A stretch of 64,000 bases of DNA from Azolla caroliniana. Taxonomy: Eukaryota; Plantae; Polypodiophyta. The stretch is from assembly GCA_043228905.1 (NCBI GenBank), contig JBHGNT010000016.1:10106001-10170000 (forward strand), given 5' to 3'. The position numbers and the translations under genes are program-made. This document shows positions 25,842 to 38,340 of this stretch, piece after piece. The notes beneath the pieces are model-generated. The model worked only from the letters and a program-made list of their open reading frames with translations, was not told the origin of the DNA and did no database searches. The first letter of the stretch is position 1; each line of letters opens with the position of its first letter.

Positions 25842-26312
25842 TATCATAGACACACCAACTGTGGACTAAGACATTGCACGGATGACGAGGCTATGATCGA
25901 TAAGGTTACGAATGTGGAATAGGAAGTGATAAGGCTAGGAACTCTAGAAGTTGTGCATGATGAGAACATGAACTTAGGAAGCTATGGAGAGCACAAAGAC
26001 ATAGATAAAGAAGGAGACAATATGACATGAAACAAGAATATTACATTGATATGTCAATGACTGGTATTGAATCCCTTGAAAGGGACCAAGGAAGTTACAA
26101 GTATTTATACTATGAGTCGAAGTACATGCATTAGAATATTCTAGAACCCTCTAGAACTTTCTAAAAACTCCTAGAACTTGTAATCCACTAGTAATCTATT
26201 AAAATATATATAACATCGTATATTTGGATGTGTTGGTTAGAACACAACACTTGACTATATACAAGAGGTCAAGAGTTCAAATCTTGACATGACGGTTGTC
26301 ATGTCTATGACA
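25842..26312 (-). mobile_element. Solo LTR (471 bp), probably chromovirus-related
   Basis: TATCATAGA...TCTATGACA ends, perfect TSD TCTGC; length and ttctagaa motifs resemble 4437-4906. Confidence 0.85.
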
Positions 26313-28532
26313 TCTGCTCAAGGACTTCTTCAGCAGTTGGCTCTTCGTATGGTCCCATTCGACAATCAACATGTCATCCACGTACAACAGAAGGATAAGG
26401 AAATCTCGTCCGTCTAATTTCTTCACAAATACGCAATGATCGGCCTATGTTTTGTGGTACCCGTTGTCGTTCATGAAGGATTCGAATTTTCGGTAACATT
26501 GCTTAGGTGTTTGCTTCAACCCGTACAAGCTCTTCCTTAGTCGGCATATTAGGTTCTCTACAAATCCTTCCAGCTGGTGCATATAGATCTCCTCCTTGCC
26601 TTTCTCTACAAATCCTTCCGGTTGGTGCATATAGATCTCCTCTTCGAGATCACCATGCAGAAACGTCGTCTTGACATCCAATTGCTCGACTTCAAGATCC
26701 ATGTTGGTCCCGATGCTCGACACGGTTCGGATTGACATCATCTTTACAACTGGGGCACATATTTCGTCGAAATCAACACCCTTCTTCTGCTGAAAGCCTT
26801 CCATGATGGTTCGTGCTTTGTACCTAGGTGGATTCCCCCCATCTCCCGGTTTCAACTTGTATACCCATTTATTCCAAAGTGCCCTCTTTCCTCTTGGCAG
26901 TTCGGTCAGTTCATCTGTGTGGTTCTCATGCAAGGAATCCATCTCCTCTTGCATGGCACTCAACCACTTTCGTTTGTGGGTATCTTCCTTAGCTTCTTCA
27001 AAGCTTTATGGCTCCCTCTCATTAGTTAAGAGTAGAAGTTCTTCATCCGGAAATCCTTGAGGGGCCTCCTTTCTCTTAGGGGGTATCTACGACCTCCATT
27101 CGGCATGGTCGGTTCTTCTTCGACTTCTTCGGCCGACTTGAATTCGGTTCCATGTTCAGCCGTTTCCCCTCGCTCTTCATTTGATTCTCGATTTTGCCAA
27201 GTATTAAGTCGGCCCACTGGCTCGTATTCGATTTTGATCGATTTGGCTTCTACTCGATTTGGCCGAGTGTCAACTCAGTTCGATTCGGTAGTTCGAGACT
27301 TATTCTCAATCTCCTAGTCAACTATTGTCTTCCCTCCATGAAGGCAATGTCGTGGCTCCTAATCACTTTCTTCTCGGCTAAGTTCCATAGCCGATAGCCA
27401 AATTAATCATTGTCGTAGTCGAGAAATATGCATGGCCAAGATTTCGGGTCCAACTTCCCCCTTTGGTCCTTTGCCACATGCACATAAGCAAGAGAGCCGA
27501 ACACCCTCAAATGTCGGTATGATATGTCTTAGCCACTCCACACCCTTTGTGGAATATCACCGTCCAAGGGTACTGAGGGTGATCGGTTTATCACGTACAT
27601 TGCCGTCATTAGCGCCTCAGCCCAGAACACCTTCGGTAAGTTAGCATGTGCAAGCATACTTCAGACCCATTCCATTACGGTTCAGTTCATTTTCTCACCT
27701 AACCCATTAAGCTCTGGTGTCTTCGGCATGGTATACTTGAGTTAGATTCCTTCATTTCAGCAATATTCCTCGAACGGTCCATGGTAGTCTCCGCAATTGT
27801 CCACTCGGACTGCCTTCAGTTTTCGACTGGTTTCTCTCTCGGCCCTTGCTTGGAACTCTTTGAAGTCGGATAACACTTGATCCTTCGTCTTTAGCAAGGA
27901 AGCCCACAACTTCCTACTACAATCATCAATGAAGGTCATGAAATACTGGAAACCACCATGCAACTTCGTGTCCACATAGAATATGTCCGAATGCATGAGC
28001 TCCAACGGCATTTTCTTCCTCATCGGGGGCCTTGTTCGGAAAGATCTTCGATTCTGCTTGCTGGCCAAGCAATCTGTGCACTTCTCAAGTTGCACATTCT
28101 TCACCTCAGGAACGAGGTTGTCCTTGGAAAGCTTTCACATCCCCTTCTGGCTCATATGGCACAACCTCCTGTGCCAGAGTTCATCGACCGTGTCGACTGA
28201 CACGTTTGCTTCCCCTCGGCATATTCGAGCATTCATTATGTACAATGTATTGGTCTTCGGAGATCGAGCCATGATCAGACTTCCTCGGCAGAACTTCATG
28301 ACACCGTTTCGGATGCTACCCATGTAGCCTTCATCATCTAGCCAACCAGTTGATATTAGATTCAATCGAACCTCCAGAATGTGTCAAACATCTCTCAGCA
28401 CGAGTCTGCACCCAGTTGAGGTTTCTAAACACACATCTCCAATGCCGACGATTCGGCATGCTCCTTCCTTTCCCATCTTTACGGATTCGAGATCTCCGGC
28501 TCTGTACAATGAGAAGCACTTTCGGTAAGGGG

Positions 28533-29360
28533 CATGGTTGTTTACTTACCCATATTTAATATTTAAATACGTATAGTACCTCATCATTTGTATAGTACGT
28601 ACTATAGCTCAATGTTGTTTAGTCAAATATCATGTACGTTTGTCCAATACGGTATTTAACGTATTTATAAAAAAACAGGTATAATACGTATTTATAAAGA
28701 AAATGTAAGTAAAACCCTAACAAAAGCAAAAGAAAAAAATGATTTTAGGGAAAAAGAAGCCAAAGGAAGGAAGAAAGAAGAATAGAAGAGACGACGATGA
28801 AGAAGATGAAGAAGAAGAAGAAGAAGAAGAAGAAGAAAGAAAGAAGACATAAACCAATCTTGAGTGAGATAATCGCAGAAGATAGAAGAAGAAAACGAAG
28901 AAAAGAGAAACCTATCATGAGTGTGATAATTGTAGACGATTCCTCAATCTATGAAGGCATAATTGTAAATAATTACAATTTGAAGTAGAACATTGTGATA
29001 CACACTTACACTGATTTATAGAATAAGGGAATGTCAACATCCATATTACTACAAGTATTTTAGGATGTGAAATGTTCAAATGTCTTTTATCCATTTTAGG
29101 ATGTAGAACTATATTCTACATCACAAAATTGCGTAAACATAGATGTTTTTTACAATATTATAGATATTTTTTAGAAAGGTAAATAATTTTCAAATTCTAG
29201 AAGTATTTAACGTACTATATGTAAAATACGTATTTTATAAGTATTTAACATATTAAGAAAACGTATTTAATGTATTTTTAAATTGGGAGGTACTATACGG
29301 GTATTAATATGTTAAATACGTATGGTATCCGTACCGTACCTAACGTACCTAACAACCTTG
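28533..29360. mobile_element. hAT-type MITE (828 bp)
   Basis: TIR CATGGTTGTT/AACAACCTTG; 8-bp TSD gtaagggg/atgagggg; AT-rich with tacgta subterminal motifs; interrupts the Copia protease region. Confidence 0.8.
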
Positions 29361-31049
29361 ATGAGGGGTTAGGTGGAATGACACACCTGAATCGACCACC
29401 CATGTTGATTCTTTGCCGACGAGATTCACTTCTTTTGCTCATTGATGACCAACAACTCCTCCTCACTCGTCACGATTGCTGAGGCGTTCTTTCTGTCAGG
29501 GATTTTCTTCAGCTCTACACCATCAACTCCCCCTTTCTCCTTTCGAAAGTGTCGACAGTTTTTCTAGAAGTGCCCCGGCTTCCCACAATAGAAGCACGTG
29601 GGCCTCCCCCTTGACTTCGACCTAGTCCCCGACTTATCTTGGTTCTAGGGACTTCGATTTCGGCCTCTTCCCCGAATCATGTCACCTTCTGTGACTAAGG
29701 CCTTCTGGTCGGTATTGGACTCATGGTCCTTCTGGCGTGCTTCTTCATTCAGCAAGCTCGACTTACCTGTTCTAGGGATAGATGCTTCCCTTCCGGTCCG
29801 GCATTGCCCAAAGTGACAACGAACGTCTCCCAACTGCTTGGAAGGGATCCCAACAACAATAATGCTAATACCTCGTCAGCCAGAGGTACTCCTAGAGAGG
29901 TGGTTTGGTTCATCAATCCTTGGAAGGCATTGATGTGCTCTGCCATAGTGGAGCCATCCTCATACCGGAGCCTCATGATTTTTGAAATACTGAGACTCGG
30001 TTCACGGCGTTCTTGTTTTCGAACATGACGTCAATCTTCTTCCATAGGACGTCTGCTTCTGTCTTTTCGCCAAAGTTGTTGTATAGACTTATGTCTATAA
30101 AATACCTTATATATGCGGTCGCTTTCAGATGCAACACTTCTGAAGTCGCTGCATCAATCTTGTCTAGTCTTTTATCTCCGAATTGCACCGGCAACCAGAG
30201 GTCTTTGCATACAAGCATGTCTCTCATCTTCGACTTCCACACTGAGTAGTTGGAGCCGGTTACCTTAAACATGCCGCCGAACGAGTCTTCCATCGCTCTA
30301 ATACCACTCTGTAAGGAATCGACCGGCCACAAACGGTTTCTCATTCGTATTCGTATGCAGAAACCAAGAACTAGTACATAGACAAGAAAAACGTGAAGCC
30401 ATAGAGACACCGATATTTTACGTGGAAAACCCGAAATGGGAAAAATCATGGGGGTCCACAAACCCCGTAAAAACAGATCACTATAATAGAGAGGAAATAC
30501 AAAATACAGAACTCAGAGGCAGCGACCTCGAGTTCTCCTTCGTCTGACCGACGGCCACAGAGTTACACTCTCGCTCTCTCACTCACGGTTACAGAGGCAA
30601 CTACCTCGTTCTAACCTTTTGATAATGATCACTACAACATCTATAAGGCTTTCCCTAATTTCTTATAAACCAAAACAACTTTCTGGCTATTTACAAGTAT
30701 AGCCCCCAGGATGCATTTTTTAACTATTTACAATTATAATCTTCCGAAACAATTATACTCACCAACATGGTACTTCTCTTCCCATCCGGAGGGGCATGTT
30801 TCCCAACAGAGGAGGAGAAGGTGCTTATGTAGTCACCTTCTCTCTATGTTCTCTCACTACAACCAACACTTGCAAAAGAGGTGGAGCCTTACCTATCTAC
30901 TAAATATGTGTCATAGAACCTTAAAATTCTATGACACACTAGTTACTATACTAGAAGTTGGGGTGTTCACATACATGAGTATACTAAGGTGTGTTCCCAC
31001 ACTAGGAAAATTGAGTTTGATTCTCAAAAAGTCGCAACTGAAGAGGTGT

Positions 31050-32330
31050 GTTCTTTAGTTGACAACTCTTGGATTCTCGATAGTGGAGCATCCTAACATA
31101 TGACTAGTAATCCTGACTGGTACAACTCTTGGACACCTGTACAAGAACCCATCAATGTTGTGGTTGGAAACAATGCTCGATGTCTGGCCAAAGGAACCGG
31201 AATCGTCTCCCTCAAAGCAACGACTGGTGGGACAAAGCATCTCTCTCAAGTGTTGTACTTGCCAGATCTTAAGAAGAATCTATTGTCCATTTTTGTACTA
31301 ACCGACAAGGGTCTTGATGTTCGATTCAAGAAGTCAGGTGCAGAAATAACATATTTTGTTGGTAGGGTTGCAGGAATAGGGGTAAGGCGCAACAATCTCT
31401 ATGAGTTGTACCGACCATAATACAAGTAATAGCCGGATGAAGAGCCAAGGAGCAACGAAGACTCGTTCGTGCATTCCCCACACCAGAAGTCGAGGAGACG
31501 GTTTACACGCAAGGAAAAGGGGAAGCTGAAGATGTCAAAATACAACACAGATGTCGGCGCACTAGACCGGAGTGAATCAAAATGGCCAGGAACAAAGATG
31601 AACCTTAGGAAATGAGGTCGGAGTCAGCCAAGAGGGCCATGAAATCGGCGAATCAGAAGTTGTGCCGATCCACCCCCCAAAGCACCTCGTAATCCAGTAC
31701 GAGTATAATGAGTATATGATGCATCACTATGCATAAGTGTGTCATCTGGAGAGCTACGTAGAGGCGGTGAAAGGTGAAAATTGGCATGCCACAATGGAGG
31801 AAGAGAAGTGCACACTAATGGAGAATGAGACATGGAACCTAATTGACTCCCCCAAGGGTGTGAAGCTGACCGGATGCAGGTGGGTGCACAAGGTAAAGTA
31901 CAACAATGACAGCTCCGTCAACCAATACAAGGCCCAACTGGTGGCCAGGAGCTACGCAGAGCAGCATGGTATCAACTACGAGGATACATTCGTGCCAGAG
32001 GCAACTGGCTATATCGGCAGCAAAGGGATGACACTTACACTACATGAACGTGAAGAGAGCATTCCTATAAGGAGAGCTAGAGGAAATGTCTACATGGTTT
32101 TACCTCCAAGATTTCAATCCGAACTGAACACGTCGGCCATCTACCAACTGAAGAAGTCCTTGTAAGAACTAATGCAAGGCCCGCATGCTTGGAACACAAA
32201 GATCACGCACAAATTGCGTCAAATGGGGATTGCTCCGTCAAAGTCGGACTCATTGTTGTTCATACGGCAAGGTCGGAATGGGTCGATAAGCATATTGTTA
32301 TTTATGGATGACTTGGTCATCATTAGCTTG
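31050..32330 (+). mobile_element. Internally deleted Copia pol fragment
   Basis: WILDSGAS protease at ~31070; RT start WHATMEEE...GCRWVHKVKY. Confidence 0.8.
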
Positions 32331-32878
32331 GCCTTCAACACCTCGACATGCCAAACTTGGGGGGGGGGGGGGGAAGTAGCGAAAGCAAAGGGAAAGGGAG
32401 AGAGATGAGGGGATTAAGTTCGAAAAGCCGAATCAGATGTGGAATTTGATTTCAAGATGGTTGATGAAGCCAATGATGGATCAGATGAGAGGACAAGTGG
32501 AAGGGGAACGACTAAGGGAAGACTAGCGGGTGAAAGCATGCGAGTGGAAACAATTAGCTATGTCCTTGACATAGCTAATTAGCTATGCAAAAAGCTACCA
32601 TTGATAAATAGTCATTTTAGTAAAAAGCCATCATTAATAAATTAAGTATGCAAAAAACTACCATTGAAAATACTAGAGTGTTTTAATTACATATGTAAAT
32701 GAGTGCCATAAATGTGCAACATAAATTGATGTGTGCACCATAAATGTGTACCATAAATTATATATCGAATTCCTAGGTCCATTATGCATGATCCTTTGCC
32801 ACATCACGTAGGCCATCTCTAGTTGAGTACTGTGGGTTAGTTGCTACCACTGTTGCTAAACCCTATCGAGTCCACCTG

Positions 32879-33745
32879 CCACCACTCTACACTGAGGGGC
32901 CGCTACTGTGCGTTCCAAGCATCATCAAAGAGTTGCTCAATCTGACGGGGTTCTCTTCTCTGTGACACTCTACACTCAGGGGCCACTACTGTGCATTCCA
33001 AGCATCATCAAAGAGCTGTTCAATCTGACGGGGTTCTCTTCTCTGTGCCACTCTACACTCAGGGGCCATTACTGTGCGTTCCAAGCATCATCAAAGAGCT
33101 GTTCAATCTGAGGGGGTTCTCTTCTCTGTGCCACTCTACACTCAGGGGCCATTACTGTGCGTTCCAAGCATCATCAAAGAGCTGTTCAATCTGAGGGGGT
33201 TCTCTTCTCTGTGCCACTCTACACTCAGGGGCCGCTGCTGTGCGTTCCAAGCATCATCAAAGAGCTGTTCAATCTGACGGGGTTCTCTTCTCTTTGCCAC
33301 TCTACACTCAGGGGTTGCTACTGTGCGTTCCAAGCATAATCAAAGAGCTATTCAATCTGACGGGGTTCTCTTCTCTTTTCCACTCTCACTCAGGGGCCGC
33401 TACTGTGCGTTTCAAGCATCATTGGTAACTGTTCAATCTGACGGGGTTCTCTTCTCTTTTCCACTCTCACTCAGGGGCCGCTACTGTGCGTTTCAAGCAT
33501 CATTGGTAACTGTTCAATCTGACGGGGTTCTCTTCTCTATGCCACTCTATTCTCAAGTGCCTTCTATGTGCGTTTCAAGCATCATCGGTAACTGTTCAAT
33601 CTGACGGGGTTCTCTCCTCCATTGCCATCATTCTATACTCAGTTGCCACTACTGTCCAGTCCCGGATTGCTTCCACATTTCGATTTGACGGAGTTCACTC
33701 ATCCAACGGCAACATTCTACACTCAGTTGTTGCCATTGGTCGGTC
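32879..33745. repeat. 83-bp tandem minisatellite (~10 units) between left TIR and transposase
   Basis: Equivalent positions at 32908, 32991, 33074, 33157, 33240 and 33323; decays rightward. Confidence 0.95.
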
Positions 33746-33950
33746 TTGGATCGCCTCCTCAACTGTTGGATCCAACAATGTGAAATCCTCTACTGTTCGG
33801 TCTTGGATTGCAATAACTTTTCTGTCTATTGATTATCTTGTGTATTGTTGTGTCTAATCTTGTGTATTGTGTGGAATATTTTTGTGTATTGCTGTTGCCC
33901 ATAGCCATCTTTAATACTTGTTTTTTTTTCTGGAAATTTAGGGTTTTAAC

Positions 33951-36900
33951 ATGTCTAGCCAAATGGAAGGGGAAGAAGGGTGTTTAGAATTACCCCTCAA
34001 TGATCATAAGGATAGGGATGATGTTATCAGGACACAACAAGCCATACGAAACTATTGGGCAGAAAAAAAAAGGAAACATCGTCAATTGTTGAAGGATACG
34101 AAAGCCACACTCAGTAAAGGTAAGGATAGTTTAGCTGAGAATGTAAGTAATGCGACTACCATCATAGAGAGAAAGGTTGTAGACTATTTCAATGTTCAAA
34201 CCAAGCACATCAGCAATGAAGAAAAGAAGGTAGTACTTTATGGAATATGTAATGATCCATCGATAAAGGACTTAGTTGATTGTGATGGTCTTAATGCAAA
34301 CATATCATCTATTTTAGTAAATAATCTTCGTAATAGTTTCGTATCCATGAGCAGGTCAGAAGATGATCTTGTCTTAAAAAGGTCTAGTCTAATGATGTTA
34401 CTTAATAGTGATGTTGACGATATAAACATCAGTGAGCTATCTAAGGTAATTGGTGTTAGTAGAAAAACAGTGTACAATACAATGAACCGTATAATTTCCT
34501 CGGGTGAAGGAACTAGTCTACTAAAGCTAACTACAAGATGTAAGCCAATGACACCCATAACATTTGAAATCAAGGATGTAATCACAATGTTTTGGACTAA
34601 TGAGAGTAGGGTTTCACCCAATAAAAAGGATTTATGCAGGAAACGTGTTGGAAGAAATCAATACGAGGAGCATCCCATTCATCTTCTTGATGTACCTCAG
34701 GTATTTACATTTATCTCAACATTTGTTTTGACTCTACTCGAAAAGTTAATTAGCTCAGTTAGCAGAAAAGCTAATTAGCTTATCAGTTACATTTACCTCA
34801 GTTAGCTACTAGGATCGCTACTACATAGGTAACTAGCTACTCTCAATAGTTACTACCATGATAGCTAATTAGCTATTCTCAATAGCTAATTTAGGTACTA
34901 CCAGATAATTAGCTGTACTGCTAGCTAGTTAGCTATCATGGTAGCTAGTTAGCTATTTCGTTATTACCAGCTAATTAGCTACTAGGAAAGCTAATTAGCT
35001 ACCATGATAGCTAATTAGCTACCATGATAGCTAATTAGCTACTATGATAGCTACTACATAGGTAACTGGCTACTCTCAATAGCTACTACCATGATAGCTA
35101 ATTAGTTAGGATAGCTAATTAGCCACCATTATAGCTAATTAGCTACTAGACCAGCTAATTAGCTACCATGATAGCTAATTAGTTACTAGGACAGCTAATT
35201 AGCCACCGTGATAGCTAATTAGCTACCATGATAGCTAATTAGCTACTATACCAGCTAATTAGCTACCATGATAGCTAATTAGTTACTAGGAAAGCTAATC
35301 AGCCACCATTATAGCTAATTAGCTACTAGACCAGCTAATTAGCTACCACGATAGCTAATTAGCTACTAGACCAGCTAATTAGCTACCATGATAGCTAATT
35401 AGTTACTAGGAAAGCTAATTAGCCACCATGATAGCTAATTAGCTACTAGACAAGCTAATTAGCTACCATGATAGCTAATTAGTTACTAGGAAAGCTAATT
35501 AGCCACCATGATAGCTAATTAGCTACTAGAGCAGCTAATTAGCTACCATGATAGCTAATTAGCTACTAGGACAACTAATTAGCTACTAGGACAGCTAATT
35601 AGCTACCATGATAGCTAATTAGCTACTACGACAGCTAATTAGCTACCATGATAGCTAATTAGCTACTAGAATAGCTAATTAGCTACCATGATAGCTAATT
35701 AGCTACTACGACAGCTAATTAGCTACCATGATAGCTAATTAGCTACTAGGACAACCAATTAGCTACTAGGACAGCTAATTAGCTACCATGATAGCTAATT
35801 AGCTACTAGAATAGCTAACTAGCTACTAGAATAGCTAACTAGCTACTAGGATAGTTAGCTAGTTACGAGAATAACTAATTCCCCTTTATTACGCAGGTCG
35901 ATTTATTTATTAGGTTCAAACGAATGCATCCAACTATCAAAGTTCAACTACGAACATTCGAGTCTCTTAAGCCACACTTTGTGAGACGCTTAAAGGATCG
36001 ATACACATGTTGTTGCATTTACCATGTACAGATGGGTTTTCTGAAGGACTCTGTTAATCTACTACGTCACCATAGCGCATCCCTAACTAATACAGTTTGC
36101 ACATGTGGGTGCCCAATCTGTCGATCAAGCCCGCAAGAGGAGTGTAAATCATCTGAGCACGTTATCTCTTCCATGAGTTATTTATTAGATTCAATATTGT
36201 GTCCGAGAGAATCTGACGCTATCTTCCATATTCATAAATGTGTCATGGGTTTATGTCAAGATTGTGGCCCTACTAGATTTAGGTGGTGTCCAAATGAATT
36301 GAGTAGTGAAATATTGATCTCTGTGAAGTTATTTGAGTCAGTGAACACCAATTTCGAAGGAAAGGTGTGTAAAAGAAAGGATCTAGTTCGGAAGATGCTT
36401 AAACCAAGGGATTTGGTGTCTCTGTTTGTAGTATCTCTAGGAAAGTTCATTAAACACAACTTCATTTATTCATGGCAGGCCCATCAGTTTAAGACTTGCA
36501 TATCTGATTTCCCAAATGATGTAGTAGTCTCAGTAGTAGATTTCGCAGAGAATTATACTTTCAAGCAGCAGAATGAAATTCAATCTATGCATTGGTGTTC
36601 AGTTCAGGTAACCATTTTTGTGCACATAACATATTTTCGAGTTTCAGGTGATGTTAAAAAAGTAATTCATTTCTTTATTTCCGATGATAAGAAGCATGAT
36701 ACCTTGTTCGTCCAACACTATTTTAAGTTACATTGGCAGTGGTTATTAGCTCAACGTTTGGAGCTTACTCAACATTGGGTCTGGTCTGACGGAGCTGCGT
36801 CACAATTCAAGGCTCGACGTCCATTTTATTTTGTGGGGAGGTATCCTGCTATAACAGGTTTGGAGATGAGATGGAATTTTTTTGGGTCTGTCCATGGTAA

Positions 36901-37738
36901 AGGTGAACATGATGGTGCAGGGGCTGTTATAAAGCGGGCACTTACCCATGAACAACTAAAGACAGATGGTGTGCACATGAATTGTGCATCACATGTAGTT
37001 GAATTTTTAAGAACAAATATGTCGACGAGTGCCACAGGTGTTTATTCCTCGCAAGTTCGAGATATCAAACGTGAATTTTGGGAAGTGAAGATAGATGAAG
37101 TAAATAGGGAGAAGACCTGGGAGTGCCAAGGAATTCCCGAATTGCGATCTCTGCATGCTGTTCGCGGTTATTCCAGGTTGGATGGTCATTGTATTGCGGT
37201 TAGAGAATTGACTTGTTTTTGCTTCCATTGTGTGCAGGGAAATTGGAGATATTGTCTAAACAAAGCATACATTCAGAATTGGGAGTATCACACTCTGAAT
37301 GATAAGGAAGCAGTTGATGGAGAAACAGGGCAGAATGCTGACTTCACATATGAGGGACTTGAAGATACTTTGAGTGATGTCCTGAACGTTGGGGATAACT
37401 TCGCTGTAAATGCTGAAGAAGGCAATTCAGAGGGTGCTGATTTCTATATATTAAAGTGCACGGTTAGTAAACAGTGTGCAAGGCAGAATATTGTAGATGC
37501 ATGGGGAAATTTTGTATCTGCCGGGACATTCTACATCGAAAGCATTTTTTATGCAAAACTAGATGACTACGAATATGTGTACAGGCTGTTAGAAGACAAA
37601 CCAGCGGCGTATATGTACTCTCATTTGGTCAGATGCATCAACGTCCCAATGTCAGAATACAATAGCTGCTCCGCTTTATACACTGTTGGTGCTAATGTGT
37701 ATGAATGTATTTACAATAGTATGCCATGGAATTTGTAG
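33951..37738 (+). CDS. Sola2-type DDD transposase, 2 exons (33951-34700, 35897-37738), ~863 aa
   Basis: CAG/GTATTT donor and ctaat..acgcag acceptor join in frame (LDVPQ|VDLFIRFKRMHP). Motifs CCCIYH, VDFAENY..Q.EIQSMHW, WSDGAASQFK, HGKGEHDGAG, C-terminal CFCFHC. Confidence 0.88.
34745..35880. repeat. Intronic palindromic satellite (~20-bp units) in transposase intron 34701-35896
   Basis: tagctaattagctaccatga / cagctaattagctactagga repeats. Confidence 0.95.
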
Positions 37739-38209
37739 CTACAAGTAGCACTTACCATGTTCTCTTGTAAAACAAACATGTATTTCGCGAAAACAGATCA
37801 ATAAATTCGTTTGGAATCAATTTCTTGTATACAGTCTGCTTTCTGTGCTTCTTTCTCAATAAAATCATGTCTTTTTTGTTAAGTTTTAAGTTATAAGTTA
37901 TAGCGAAATAGTCATCAGTAGCTAATTAGCTGTACAAATGCAGCTAATTAGCTGTACAAATGTATTTACAATAGTATGCCATGGAATTTGTAGCTACAAG
38001 TAGCACTTACCATGTTCTCTTGTAAAACAAACATGTATTTCGCGAAAACAGATCAATAAATTCGTTTGGAATCAATTTCTTGTATACAGTCTGCTTTCTG
38101 TGCTTCTTTCTCAATAAAATCATGTCTTTTTTGTTAAGTTTTAAGTTATAAGTTATAGCGAAATAGTCATCAGTAGCTAATTAGCTGTACAAATGCAGCT
38201 AATTAGCTG
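37704..38209. repeat. Apparently perfect 255-bp tandem duplication of the transposase 3' end and UTR
   Basis: aatgtatttacaatagtatgcc at 37704 and 37959. Confidence 0.9.
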
Positions 38210-38340
38210 TCAATAGCTAAATAGTCATCAATGGAATGAAATCAACAATCTGCAACATATTCCTCAAATTACACAGTAGATAAGTACAGTGGGAACAAGT
38301 AATTAAATTCTTCATTGAATAATGTCATCTCTTTACATAT

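Larger units (their letters stand above)
24401..30808 (-). mobile_element. Full-length degenerate Ty1/Copia element
   Basis: LTRs 24401-24929 and 30310-30808; perfect TSD GAGGA; PBS tggtattagagc; PPT; gag, INT, RT and RH fragments with many stops. Confidence 0.93.

Noticed and set aside
28797-28988. Poly-Lys ORF
   Set aside because: Translation of a (GAA)n microsatellite inside a MITE.
32879-33745. CRISPR-like array, or repeated 60-90 aa ORFs
   Set aside because: Contiguous tandem units with no unique spacers and no cas genes; the ORFs are by-products of the 83-bp period.
35924-37738. 604-aa ORF as a stand-alone host gene or a CACTA/hAT/KDZ transposase
   Set aside because: It splices in frame to 33951-34700 and lies within TIRs. 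The GGG termini, 4-bp TSD and motifs do not fit those superfamilies.
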